From Chiloscyllium plagiosum (Eukaryota): 64,000 nt of DNA. The notes under the pieces are model-generated. The model was not told the origin of the DNA. It made no database searches and worked only from the letters and a program-made list of their open reading frames with translations. Shown piece by piece: positions 39,569 through 52,689 of the stretch; within the stretch, counting starts at the first letter, position 1, and every line of letters begins with the position of its first letter. A program made the position numbers and the translations under genes. The stretch covers positions 85,228,580 through 85,292,579 of the forward strand of contig NC_057718.1 of assembly GCF_004010195.1 (NCBI RefSeq). The letters are read 5' to 3'.

Positions 39569-39776
39569 GTTGAGGAGAAAGTGAGGTCTGCAGATCAGAG
39601 CTGGAAATGTGTTGCTGGAAAAGCGCAGCAGGTCAGGCAGCATCCAGGGAACAGGAGAATCGACGTTTCGGGCATAAGCCCTTCCTGAAGTAGGGCTTAT
39701 GCCCGAAACGTCGATTCTCCTGTTCCCTGGATGCTGCCTGACCTGCTGCGCTTTTCCAGCAACACATTTCCAGCTC
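39569..39776. mobile_element. Fold-back PLE element, family 1, perfect 85-bp arms, 14-bp TSD
   Basis: 39598-39682 is the exact reverse complement of 39692-39776. GGATCTGTGAAATT at 39555-39568 and 39777-39790. Confidence 0.9.
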
Positions 39777-41383
39777 GGATCTGTGAAATTCCAAACTGAT
39801 GACTGTTCTAAACTCCAAAGGAGTACAAGCCAAGTTTATGGGGCCGTCTTCACAATAAACATTTTGCAGGATTGTATTTGAGCATAGCAGAAAATAGACT
39901 CTTTACCTTCAAACTAGAGTGTCTATTGTGAGATAGTGTTAGGAGATATTGTGTTATAGTTTATCTGTACCAACTCACTCACCAGCTCGCTATGTTCATT
40001 AATACCAGGTTCCCATTCATTCATAACCCTTTATAAACCCCTTATTTACTATAACACTTGCAGTCATTTATTCAAAGAACTGTGGTTCTGTAGTATTCAA
40101 ATTTAAAAACAACGCTTTCAAACTCATTACTACATTTGCACATCTTATCAGTCCATGGTACAAGCAGTGTTTACCTCTGAATAAGTGTAGCATACAGAAC
40201 AATACCATCGCCATCAAGTTTCCATGAAACATTAAAATATTAATCAGCCTTTACTAACCATCTCCTGAACCCGAATAGATCAAGTACCTGTTAAATACCT
40301 TTTAACTGGACCATTAACCCTTTAAGAAACTAACTGCCATGAAATTGCATGAATGAAACGAAACGAAGCTCATACAGGCAAATAGTAAATAAATCTCACA
40401 ACCCAGTTGCAGTAATCAGTTTAATATCCTTTATTCTTTTACTGTGATTTTTAATTTATTAGAGCATTTAGACCAAGTATTTTTACTAATATTTACTCAT
40501 TTAAAATACAAAAGAACTAACACCTTTTGATTATGTAAGCAAACTGGTCAGACACCCTTAATCCCATCAGAAGTAACAGCCAGTACTTAGCACAGGTTTT
40601 AACATATCTCCTATCTCCCAGGACAAAAGTCCTTCAAACTTTTGTGTGCTATAGGTGATAAATGTAACACCACAGTAATGGAATTTTAACATATGCAAGA
40701 ACTGTGTATAAAAGGGCTCTTGTAAGGACTGTATTTTAGGGTTCAATTGCCACCTCAAACTTGTGCTGTAATTGCCAAATACAACAGGCTATTTTTGCCA
40801 CTCACCAATTTCAGTTGTTATTTGAATATGGGCCAACACTCCAATTGAAATCGTTAAACCTGCACAGATGACCTTAGGAGATTTGCATTTTCTGCTTTTG
40901 CAGAAATTTGGTGTAACCACGAGATGAAGGACTTTAATTATAGGTCAGGAAATTAACTAAATCCTGAAAAACAATTTTACGTTTGAAACACTCCATCCAA
41001 CACATCTGATCTTCAATGACTTTAATGTTTACATAACTTTATGGAATACAAAGGTATTTTCCAGAGAAGTGTTGCCACTACAAAATGGGTTCCACTTGGC
41101 TGCTAAAAACTACCTTTTCATAAAGCACAGAAATAAAACAAAACAAACAATTCCACTGACATTTTGTTAATTACTAACATGTTATACATACCATTTCTTA
41201 AGCTTAACAGTTAAGTTAAACACTGCCTTTGAAAATAATGGAATAGATGCACCATATAGACAAATTTGGACAGCTCCCAAAAACAGGTGAACAATGAGAT
41301 TGAAATAAAAATCAGATCCAACCTAATCAGAGAAGTCACAGATCTGGTCCAAGCTGATCTTAGTTGATTGATTTTGGACTGAA

Positions 41384-41737
41384 CGCCTCCTAGCAGAGCG
41401 CTTTAGGGAACATCTCCGAGACACCCGCACCAATCAACCAAACCGCCCCGTGGCCCAACATTTCAACTCCCCCTCCCACTCTGCCGAGGACATGGAGGTC
41501 CTGGGCCTCCTTCACCACCGCTCCCTCACCACCAGACGCCTGGAGGAAGAACACCTCATCTTCCGCCTCGGAACACTTCAACCCCAGGGCACCAATGTGG
41601 ACTTCAACTTATCTCTCCACGCTTCAGGCTCTCTGCCCTTATTCCTGATGAAGGGCTTTTGCCCGAAACGTCCATTTTTCTGAAGCTCCTCGATGCTGCC
41701 TGAATTGCTGTGCTCTTCCAGCACCATTGATCCAGAA
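41384..41737 (+). mobile_element. PLE family-1 3' fragment
   Basis: AQHFNSPSHS...RRLEEEHLIFRLGTLQPQGTNVDF; TTTGGACTGAA repeated at 41373-41383 and 41738-41748. Confidence 0.85.
41641..41675 (+). ncRNA. Minimal hammerhead motif (family 1), intact core, weakened stem I
   Basis: attc-CTGATGA-a-gggcttttgccc-GAAA-cGTC-cat. Confidence 0.7.
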
Positions 41738-41995
41738 TTTGGACTGAAGATGTTACACTTAGTCTTGACGCTGGACACTAATGAACAGTCACTGCTGGGA
41801 TTTTTTCAGCATGGGATACAATCCATTATAATGCCCTGAGGTCAAATAGCCTGACAAAAGGGCTATTTAAACTTGAATATTAATCAATGTCCAAAGAACT
41901 GATCTTCACTGGAAAGCAGGGTAAGGGAGGAAACCAGCAGGATTAAAAAATCTAAATGAATTAATCATAAGACTAAGTTATGGAGAAAAACTTAC

Positions 41996-42084
41996 CTCAT
42001 TGTGAGGCAAAAATGTAATCTGGGTAGAGCCTCCTCCAAGATCAAGTATTCCTGTTGTGTTACGCTCTTCCCCATGCAAGCTAT
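41996..42084 (-). CDS. ENTPD6: ENTPD6 exon with ACR4
   Basis: 89 nt, (D)[29 protein letters not shown], containing the DLGGGSTQ motif. Confidence 0.95.
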
Positions 42085-43349
42085 CTAGAAAGAATAAGCT
42101 ACAATGAACATTGAAAACCCATCATATGAAGGAAGACGCTGAAATATTTTCAGGACTAGGTAAATTGCCTTTCAATAAAAAATGAAAGGTGAAGTGGAAA
42201 TTATGTATAGTCTCCATTGGCATTAATCTCAGTTTTGGAGGCTGAAACAGTCATACGTGCAGCTATTAAATAGACCTAAACCTTAAAGTGCCTGATCTGC
42301 TATTCTTTTTAGCACCACTCTAACCTTGACTCTAATCTCCAGCATCTGCACTACCCACTTCTGCTATCCATTAAACTGTCAGTTACATGCTTCCATGTCT
42401 GATGGCAGATAAAGATTAATTACAATTTGTGGATATTTCTGGAGTAAAATAATCAAACTCCCATTAGCAGAGGATCTCTCCTTTCTGCAAACTGCAAGTC
42501 TATTCAGACTCTCATCTCATAACAGAACCCAAAATATTGATGACAAGCCATACATTGCAATTAGTGTGACTTCAGATGAGAACTATTGCTGCAGATACAA
42601 AAGTCAGACTAGATCTCTGATAAGTTGAACCTGGGTTCCTGCTAAGTGAGAAAGGGAGATTTTACAGGAGTGTTGATGTATTCCCATCTCTACCATAGAG
42701 TTGTCTGCCAAAATCAGCAAGCATATTAGTGGACATTCAAGAAGCTGAAGATAGGGGTAGGGAGATACAGTGGTGATAGATGGGCAGAGGGGTGTTTGGG
42801 TAACACAATATATAGGTCATGGCATATGAGGGTGAGATCTAAAGAAATGCATCATGGAGAGCCTGGAAAGAAAATGAAATATACTATGAAACTAAACTGG
42901 GAAATGGAAGGTGGTGGAAAAGACAGTGTGCCATACTGCGTTGTGACTGGAATGTCTTTTTCTAAAAGTGTACCTGGTGTATACATTTAATATGCTTTGA
43001 ACATGAAACAATAGTTTGTGATTTTTGAGAAGATTTGTAGCTCAGGTTGCAGTTCAGGTTTGCTCACTGAGCTGGAAGGTTTGTTTTCAGACATTTTGTC
43101 ATTATACTAGGTAACATCATCAGTGAACCTCCAGTGAAGCGCTGGTGTTATGTCCCACTTTCTATGTGTGTGGTCTCTTAAGGTGGGTGATATCAGTTTA
43201 GCCTGTCCTAGGATGTGTGTGTTGTCCCAGTCAAAGTGGGGTCCTTCTTCATCTCTATGTAAGGATACCAGTGATAGTGAGTTGTGTCTTTTGGTGGCTA
43301 GTTAGTGTTTGTGTAAAACACAAAACAAAAATATAAGCTTTACACTTAC

Positions 43350-43385
43350 CTATTAAAAAGTTCACAGTGATCCAAGCATAAATGC
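43350..43385 (-). CDS. ENTPD6: ENTPD6 36-nt exon (ACR3 second part)
   Basis: (G)IYAWITVNFLI; TACAG acceptor and GTAAGT donor. Confidence 0.93.
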
Positions 43386-43899
43386 CTGTAATTACAAGGC
43401 ATTAATTGTGAGAAAATAAACAAAACATAAACAATGGTACAGTATTCACCAAATGAAGGCAAAGGATTTCTACTTTCACACTGAGGTCAGCAAACTACAA
43501 AGAGTGGCTAACTTACAATAAGATGCCAAATTAAACATGCAAAGATTTAAGGGCTTGAAATAGAAGTGGTAAGTGGTTTTAAATAAGAATGTTGAATTCC
43601 ACTCCGTGCAGAACCCAAGAATATGACAGGTGGTCACTGAACCTTTGGGTCAGCGCCTTGAAAAATTATATAATTCCTACTCCCAGCTCATGAAGCACTA
43701 GCTAGTTCAATAAAACTATCTTCTTGAAGCATCCACTACTTTGTCCCTCTTGCATGTCTGCTATCACTGTAACCTGTGTCCAAGACACAAGTCCTTCCTT
43801 CCTGATGTAAAGCTCTTCTTCTCTACATATCCTATCTTACCTATCTGCATCTCTCTCACTTTTCTTTATGAAGCAACGTTTCTCATATGTATTTTAAAG

Positions 43900-44490
43900 C
43901 CTGTATTTGAGTATAGGAGTTGAGACAACATGTTGTGGCTGTACAAGACATTGGTGAGGCCACTTCTAGAATACTACATAATTCTGGTCGCCCTGCTATA
44001 GGAAGGATGTTGTTAAACTAGAAAGGCTACAGAAAAGAAATTACAAAGATGTGTCGAGACTGGAGGGTTTGAGTCCTAACGAGAGGCTGGGACTATTTCC
44101 CCCAGAGTAGAGTCTGAGGGGTGACCTTCCAAAAAGTTTTATAAAATCATGAGGGGCATGGGTAGGGTGATTAGCCAATGTCTTTCTCCCTCAAGGGTAA
44201 GGGAGTCTAAAACTAGAGAGCATAGGTTTAAAGTGAGATACAAAGATTTAAAAGGGTCCTGAGGGGCAACATTTTAACAAAGAGGGTGCATGTAAGGAAT
44301 GAGCTGCAGGGGGGAGTGGTAGAGGTGGTAAGTTTATAATCTTTAAAAGACATTTGGGCAAGTACCTGAATGGGAAATGTTTAGAAGGATATAGGCCAAA
44401 CGCAGGCAAATGGGACTAGTCCAGTTTAGGATACCTGGTAGGCATGGACAAATTGGACTGAAGGGTTTGTTTCTGTGCTGTGTGACTACA
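43900..44490 (+). mobile_element. CR1 LINE 3' fragment
   Basis: LYKTLVRPLLEYYI.FWSP remnants and a typical 3' UTR. Confidence 0.8.
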
Positions 44491-45269
44491 ATAATATAGG
44501 AGATGGATACGAGGAACCATAGAAAGACGACCAGTGGGGTGCAGAGATAAACAGGAAAGTGCCTGCAAGTTGCTGCAACATTAAATGTCAAATTGGAGTT
44601 AAAGCCTTAAGGTGACATTGAACATTACAGAGGAGATATGAATTAGTAGGAATAATTGGGAAAACTTGGTTTTTTCAGAATTGAAGGGGCATGGGGGGGT
44701 GGAATCTTTGAATTTACAATCTAGATATTCAAGATGATAACAGCTAACATAGGATTTACTTTCTTCCATTAAGTCTAATCAATTTGAGGAATTGCTTTAG
44801 AGACCCAAAATCCTATCAACTACAGTCAATTACTGTAAATGGCAACAGCATGGCACTTGAACCAAGATCTATGACTGGCCACTTTCATCTATAATTATCT
44901 CGTGATCCTGGAATTCAGCAGTAGGAAAGATTCATCTTCTTCTACCGAGGAGCATGAAATGGTTATTTTTTCCACAACATGGATTGGCGGATTAGAACTG
45001 CCGGCAGAAACCTTCAAGGATGTACAAGGTGTCAGTTTCAATCTGGCAAGACAACATGGGAATGCAGACGATTTGTCTTTGTGCTAGATGTCAATTAGTG
45101 CATTTCACTGGGTGACAGAATGTGATGCATATTTTGGGAAGAATGGAGGGAAGCAAGGTGGAGAAAATATCTTATAAATCAAAACCCGAGTACGAGAATA
45201 TTTAAACACGGACATGATTTGTCTAAGTTCAAGTGCAAGTTATGATTAATTTAAGAGCCAGTGCCCTAC

Positions 45270-45345
45270 CTTCATCAGTCCCATCCATGATACTAACACA
45301 ATCGTTTGTTACTAGGAAAGGGCTCAACTGAAATACTTCCTTTAC
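45270..45345 (-). CDS. ENTPD6: ENTPD6 exon (ACR3 first part)
   Basis: 76 nt, VKEVFQLSPFLVTNDCVSIMDGTDE(G). AG/GT; phase consistent with neighbours. Confidence 0.95.
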
Positions 45346-45999
45346 CTAGAAGGAATAAATTCAGCAAAATACAAAGTATTTAATTAAATCATCCTTTCCA
45401 TTAACTTGTGTTTTGGCAAATGATTAACAAAATAAATCTAGTATTGTACAAACCAAGTCAATTCAAAATCATTCTATAACCCAAAAAGCTACAGACAACC
45501 AACTCCATGACATTTATTCTATTACATACATACATTTAGACAGTAGCATGCTGAGAGGCTAATGCTAGAATCAAATCTGTCCATACGTACCCTGTGATAT
45601 GAAGAGCTCCAACGCCTTAAGGATTCACGTAGTTGTATTTTAAGCAAGATACAGAAAAATTTCCACATTGTATCATAGTTTCACAATTTACAAACAGTGT
45701 GACCTTTAGACATGTAGATCAAGATAAACATCAAAATTTGAATATGTTGAAACTTAAATGCCCCAAGCCATCATCTGTACATATGCAAAAGTGGTTAGAT
45801 AGCATTGCACATCACCCAATTTCAAAATTCAAAAACAAATACCCAGTCTTGTCTAGGAAACAAAATAATTTACAAGGAATTTCATTTTGTGCAACAGGAA
45901 TGCTGGCACAGTTAACATCTTCAGGTTTTGAAGATGACAATTATCTGCTGCAATAATGGTGTACATCATGTTCTACAACATTATGCAACGACCTGGAAG

Positions 46000-47300
46000 A
46001 GAATGCAGTTGTGAATTCAATCCTGTTTAAAAATACTAGACTTCCGAGCTCACTACAGGGGACCACTGTCTTCAGTAAATCTGCTCCTCAGGGTCAGGCA
46101 ATAGATGAGAGCAATGAGAAACTCTACATCAACTTTGAGCACCGTCCAGTCCAAAGCCCAGCAGACAAAAAAAAACTGATCTGCCTTGGAAATTTCAAAG
46201 CCACAGTCAGAAAGAATGCAAATTTCTGGAAGGGTGTGACAAGAAAGGAAGGAGTAGAGAAAGTAAACTCTACCAAAATTTTCCTTCTTATAAAATGTCT
46301 AGAAGATGAGCTGGTCACAACAACTTATTTTACCTGCATGATAAGACGCCTTCATAGCAACATTCATGGCCCAAACACTGGTACTTGCTCGATTATGTTT
46401 TCTTTCATCAAGAAAATGCAGAGATGTTCACAGCACCCAGCCACATCAGATACTGATGACTTCTGAACCAAGAATTGCCTTATCTGATCTATCATCTCCA
46501 TTAGCCTGGCACCTAATTAATGACTCCTTCTCCAAAGCATTGAAAAAAAATGCACCTTCCTCTTAACACCCAGAAAATTAAGTCTTCTTCTAAACAGCTC
46601 CCACAGCAAAATACCTTCTCTTGTCAATTAAGTACCCCGATGAAGTCCTGGAAAATGTGGAACATTTGTCATGTCTTACAAGCATTCTCTTGATGAAGGC
46701 AGCCATGGAGGACAAAATTCATCAACGACTTCATTGCACCAGCTCAGCTTTTTGCCAACTGAGGAAAAGAGTAATTGAGTAGAATGATCTTAAAACAAAC
46801 TAAATTTATAATAACTCATACATGCTTCGGAGACTTAGAGTCATAGAATCATAGAGATGTACAGCATGACACACTGCAGGCATCTCAAACCAGACGAGAC
46901 ATACCATCAATGTGCCTTTGCAAGATCTTTCAAACCCAGCAAGAAGAAATGCAGTCTAACAGTATAGTTCTCTCAAGCCAACTTGCCAAGCATAGAGGCA
47001 CTAATCACTTAAAACCAGTTCCACTGAACAGGACATTCCTTTCACATACTTGATAGCAGATACCTGAAGCAATTGCTTTATTCTGAACTTGAGGTAGCAG
47101 GAAACTCACAGGAGGACAGTAGAAATGCTTTTGGGATGATGCTCTCAAACCTTAATGACTGAAGAGGTCAAATATACTTGTCAACTTGGAACAGCCTGGC
47201 CTCTAATTGGCCAAAACAAAGGCAGCTCATTGGGGAAGGCACATGACACATTAACAGACTTCACTGGGAATATGCAGTAGCAAAGGTGAGGTGACAACCT
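46000..47300 (+). mobile_element. Degenerate RTE-clade LINE remnant
   Basis: LICLGNFKATV..FWKGVTRKEGVEKVNS..LLIKCLE and PKHWYLLDYV-like segments resemble the RTE endonuclease region. Confidence 0.6.
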
Positions 47301-48475
47301 ATCCATCCAACACTATTCAACCTGCACATGGCAGTCTGTAGATCATGTATTGAACTACTCAGCTTTATCTGAAATGCACTGAATCACAGAGAAAGCAGAC
47401 TCAGTATTAGCTTTCAAAAGAAAATGGGCTGTACACTTAAAAAGAAAAATCTGCAGTGACAGCAAGGTCACTGGAACTAATTGAAAAGCTCTTTCAAAAT
47501 GTTCACACAGGAATGATGAAACAGATGTCTTCCTTTGCAATGCAAAGATCTGAAGAAAGCAAGCTGGTATATACCTTTCACAACATACATTTATTAGGTT
47601 TGCAATGGGTCGTCTCATGAAACATACTTATCCCATTCCAACTGTTAGATAGTATATTAAGTGCAGATACAGGCCATTTGGCCCAACAAAGCCAAATTTA
47701 ATCATCTTCGAGCCTCCTGCCACCTTTTCCCATGCAAATCGATCACTGTGAAATATCTTTTCCCTTTTCCTTCATATGCTTGTCTCATTTCCTCAGATGC
47801 ATCTATATAGTTGACTTTAATCATTGAGACAGAGGGGTCCACATTCCCATTACTCTTTGGATAAAAATGTTTCTTTTGAATCTCTTATTGGGATTTTTTG
47901 ACAACAACATTTTATTGATATCACTAGTCATGCTCTTCCCCACATTCTCTCTGTATCCAATATTAAAACCCTCTATAATTTTAGTTACTTCGATTAGGTC
48001 ACCCCTTTGTTTTTTAAGACGAGATCCATCGTGTCGATTTTTTTTAGTATGTACACTGATGCATTCCTGACATCATTCTTATATATCTTCTCTGTATCCT
48101 CTTCAGTGCATTTATGTCCTTTTCATAATATGTTAACCAGAACATCATGCAATGCAATAGCTCTCGTGTAACAAAGGCTCACCAATGGTTTAGAATAACT
48201 TCTCTACTTCTCAATTCTATCCCTCTAGAAATAAAACCAAACAGTTTCATTTGCATTTTTGGATATTGCTAACTTGTGGTGAAACTTTTAAGTGACTAGT
48301 GCATTTACATTGCAATATCCTGTTGTTCTTCTATTCTACTTAAATTTGCACATGTAATCGATTATGCTTCTATTTCTTCTACTAAATGCAGTCTAACATT
48401 TGTATTTGAATTTCATTTGTCAATTGTTTGCCATTTCCACGAGTTTATTAACCTCCTCTGTAAACTGGTTGCAGT

Positions 48476-48701
48476 CACAGAGTGTGGTGCTGGAAAAGCA
48501 CAGCTGGTCAGGCAGTATTTGATGAGCAGGAGAGTCGATGTTTTCAGCATAAGCTCTTCATCAGGAATTCAGAGTTCCTGATGAAGAGCTTATGCTCAAA
48601 ACATTGACTCTCCTGATCCTCAGATGCTGCCTGACCAGCTGTGCTTTTCCACACCACACACCGACTCTGATCTCCAGCATCTGTAGTCCTCATTTTCTCC
48701 T
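48476..48701. mobile_element. Fold-back PLE element, family 1, older copy, inside a CR1 remnant
   Basis: Arms about 48482-48567 and 48574-48659. 17-bp TSD with 2 mismatches (48459-48475 and 48702-48718). Confidence 0.8.
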
Positions 48702-50087
48702 TGTAAATTGATTGCAGTATTCTTCAGTATTGACTATCCCTGAAACCTACCCGTATGCCTTCAAAACCTGGTGTAGTCCATGAATTTAGAAATTGTTATT
48801 ATAATTGTGAGCAGTGGTCCCAGCACACTCCCTTGCGGAGCATCACTTTCTAGAAGTGAATAATTGCTCTCACTCCCATTCTTTGCTTTGTGTGTCATAG
48901 AGTCATAGAGATGTACAGCATGGAAACAGACCCTTCGGTCCAACTCATCCATGCCGACCAGATAGTCTAACCTAATCTAGTCCCATTTTCCAGCACTTGG
49001 CCTATATCCCTCTAAACCCATCCTATTCATATACCCATCCAGATGCGTTTTAAACGCTGTAATTGTACCAGCCTTCACCAATTCCTCTGGCAGCTCATTC
49101 TATACACGCACCATCTTCTGCATGAAAAATTGCTCCTTTGGTCTCTTTTATATCTTTCACTTTCCCCATCTTGGCAATTCTTTTTTAAACTCTCTCTCAA
49201 CCAGCTATCACTGTCCCACAATTTTTGCACTGTATTTTATTTTGTCTGATTTCCACTTTATCTAACCTATTTGCTGCATATATTTTCATATTAGGAAGCT
49301 TTGAAAACAACTAGCAAACCATTTTGTTTTTTGTCCTGCTTCTATATTCTCTGACCTTTTAAGGGTTCAGATAAATTAAATCTACTGCTTTACTGTTGTC
49401 TATTTTATTACCTCAAATTCAGTAAGTTTGGTCAAGCAAAAATTTCCCTTTTGAAATCCATGCCAACTATTTGTTATATTTCTAATTTCTAGCTGTTCTC
49501 TATTCTCTTTCTTTGTAAGGATTCTGATTGTTATCCTGCTACTGATGTTAAGCCAACATCACTAATTCACTGCTGTTCCCAGACCTCATCTAACTCGAGC
49601 CTTGCTATGATCCTTTTCCAAGTGCAATAACTTCCTGCCATGAGCAAAATCCTCTAGGGTCCCAGTCCATAATCACACTGGGTTCCCAGACCTCAGCACT
49701 CTCATACCCAATTCTCTCATTGTACCTAGGAATAATCATCCAGACACACTGCCTAGTATGGCCTTTTCCCAATTCCAGACTTCTTAGCAAACCCATCAGT
49801 CCCATATTCATCATCGTTGCAACAGTACCTTTTCAAGAAATTCAACTCCCCCAAACCTTTCAAAAAATAAACTGCATAGACTCCATCAGTGAAAGACATA
49901 CAGGTGAGTTTCATGGAGACAAAGGGGAGACAGTGAGAAAATAAAATATTTGAAGGAAGGGTGAGAAAGAAGCAATAACTTCATATAAATACGAATAAAA
50001 AGCTTCCCAATATGAAAACACTCAGCAAGTAGGTTAGCTGGCCCTAAGTTAGCCAAGGTGGAAATTGGACAGAATGAAATAGACAAT

Positions 50088-50915
50088 TTGGTTTGTAAGT
50101 TTGTTTGCTAAGCTGATAGGTTTGTTCTCAAACATTTCATCACCATGCTAGGTAATATCATCAATGAGCATCCAATGAAGTGCTGGTGTTCTGCCCTGCT
50201 TTCCATTTGAGAGTCTTGGTCTGTTAAGGTGGGTGATATTCATTTCCGGTTTTTTTTCTCAGAGCTTGGTAAATGGGATCCAAACCAATGCGTTTATTGA
50301 TGGAGTTCCAGTTTGATAGTGATAGTAGGTCCTGTCTTTGAGTGGCTAGTTGGTGTTTGTGTATCCTGGTGGCTAGTTTTCTGTCTGTCTGATGAAGTGT
50401 TTGTTTCAGTCCTTGCAGGGTATTTTGTAAATGACATTCGTTTTGCTGGTTGTTGGTATAGAACCTTAAAGGATCTTACATCAGACTGTTAGTGTATCCT
50501 GGTGGCTAGTTTTCTGCCTAACAACAACCAGACACCAAAATACATGACCCACAATCACTAGGATCCTTACGTACAGACGAAGGAGGACACGACTTCAACT
50601 GGGACAACACATCCATCCTACAACAGGCTAAACAGAATCACGCACAGAAACTCCTAGAGGCATGGCATTCAAACCGGAACTCCATCAATAAACACACTGA
50701 TTTGGACTCCAGTTACCAACCTCAGAAAAAAAGCCGAAAATGATATCACCCACCTTAACAGACTTAGACACACAAATAGAAAGAGGGACAGAACACCAGT
50801 GCTTCATCAGAGGCTCACTGATGTTACTAGCATAGTGATGAAACATCGGAGAACAAATTACCAGCTCAGAGAGCAAACTTACAATCTGAACCTCAACCTG
50901 AGCTACAAATCTATT
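50088..50915. mobile_element. PLE family-4-like fragment with inverted arms
   Basis: About 50088-50310 is a diverged reverse complement of about 50670-50885. Related to 43010-43315 and 63000-63450. Confidence 0.7.
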
Positions 50916-51449
50916 TCACAATGTTTGAGAAGATTATGTTAAAATCGTGGGACAATCCTACAGTTGGTTGACAGTAAAAAATTGAATATCAAGAAAGAGA
51001 AAGTGACACAAAAGATAGATAGAAAAAACTGCAAAGACAGATCACCTTTGCTGTGACTAATGATATAATTCGCATTATGTAACTCTTTTGCATCATTTGA
51101 CTCATTGTGGACAATGCCACAAATACATGAAGTAGCAACAAAACAATTCAGTATAACGCATGAATATAGCTTCAGAGTCATACAATGTTGGTTTGTACCC
51201 ACTTACCTCCCCCATATCAAGACACCTGTGTTGCCCAAACCTTCAGAAATCCAGAGCACAAATACCTCATTCACTTTGGAGAGATAAACAAGCTGGTAAA
51301 GCACAGACCATTCTCCTACACATTCCACAGCCAGCTTTTACTCATCACTTACTTCTTCACAACAAGCTATCAAACGTGTATTATATAAATTCTTCAAATC
51401 ACTAATTTTTCTTTAATATTAGTAAAGAAAGTTGCTTTGCTAGAGATAC

Positions 51450-51593
51450 CTTATCCAACAATTGCTGAGCTTTTACTCCTGGCAACAGACGTAAACCAGC
51501 AGTAGCTTTTAGTACTAATGGTGTGCTTGCCCAAAGATTCCTAGGAATTGACTCTTTGGCAACGTCCAATAGTTCCTGAATGCCTTTTGTGGC
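51450..51593 (-). CDS. ENTPD6: ENTPD6 exon with apyrase conserved region 2
   Basis: 144 nt, [48 protein letters not shown]. Closer to ENTPD6 ([30 protein letters not shown]) than to ENTPD5. Canonical splice sites. Confidence 0.95.
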
Positions 51594-52099
51594 CTGTAAC
51601 ACACAAACCATACATACCCAATGTTAAAAAAAAGTCTCAGTTACAAAGAATTTAATTCTGACAGACTAAGTTTCAATAGCAATTCAAATCTACAAACAGT
51701 AATGTCTGTTGCTTGGACAGCATACATGCACTTTTTCTGCCTGTCAATCAAAACCAAATGTAGTATTAAGTATTAATTCAAGGCAGTCACACTAAATTCT
51801 TGTGCATTTCCACTTATTAGTATCTTGTTCAGTTTCCTAAATAGTATAGGTTTCATTTGTAGTTAGAGTCGAGGTTCAATACCGTCGGTTCTGCTCTAAT
51901 GCGCATTTCTTCAATGCAAATTGACTTTGACGCGATCGAAGAATTTAGACCATTATTTGTAGAACTTACGATCTCTGTTCCATTCGTTTAAATGATGCTA
52001 CTGCTATGCAATTTTCTTATAACGTGGATTTTCATGAGTACGGTCTATCATTTTATATCATTTTGCAGTCTTTACATTTTAAAATAGTGGTTTAATATT

Positions 52100-52316
52100 A
52101 CAGGCAGCCCCCAGGTTACAAATGGTTTCCATTCTGGAGTCCATACACAAGTCAAATTGTACACAAGTCAGAACACACTACAGGACTATGGAAAGCAGCT
52201 GTTTGTAAGGATAGGAAATGTTCGTATATGTCAGGTCTTTAAATCTATAACCACATACAGGATTGCAATTGTAAGTATTTGTAAGTTGGTTGTTTGTAAA
52301 TCAGGAACCCCCATAC
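52100..52316. mobile_element. Probable Tigger/pogo-like MITE
   Basis: TA-caggcagcccccaggttacaaa ... tttgtaaatcaggaaccccca-TA, imperfect terminal inverted repeats. Confidence 0.45.
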
Positions 52317-52656
52317 AGATTTTAGGACATTTATTTCTGTAATGAGAGTATTTGGATGTTGGGGAAAAGGATTACTTCTTGCTAAATGTCCTTGAAAAGT
52401 GGTGGTAGTGTGCCTTCTTGGACTCTTGCAATCCATGTGGTGAAGGTGCGTTCCACAGCGCAGGTAAATTGGAGAGTTCTGGGTTTAGATTCAGTGGTAT
52501 CACAAGAATGGCGATACTTGACTACGTTAAGATAATGTTCACGCCTGAATTGTACACTAAGGTGATCATAAGGCTTCAAAGTAGATAGAACTTGTAATAT
52601 AACATGTTTAGTATTTGCATACTTGTGAACTCAGATTTTGAAATGGATAAAAATAT

Positions 52657-52689
52657 CTGAGGAAGGGTCACTGAACCTGAAACGTTAAC
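52657..52689 (+). ncRNA. Minimal hammerhead motif (family 3)
   Basis: CTGAGGA-a-gggtcactgaacct-GAAA-cGTT-aac. Core intact; 5' stem I strand lost by truncation. Confidence 0.55.

Noticed and set aside
39598..39776. miRNA gene or MITE for the perfect hairpins
   Set aside because: The arms match PLE pseudo-LTR sequence seen attached to GIY-YIG remnants elsewhere; TSDs are long and variable and the ends are asymmetric, unlike a DNA transposon.
46011..46466. 151-aa ORF as a novel gene
   Set aside because: Resembles a decayed RTE endonuclease; no splice or start support.
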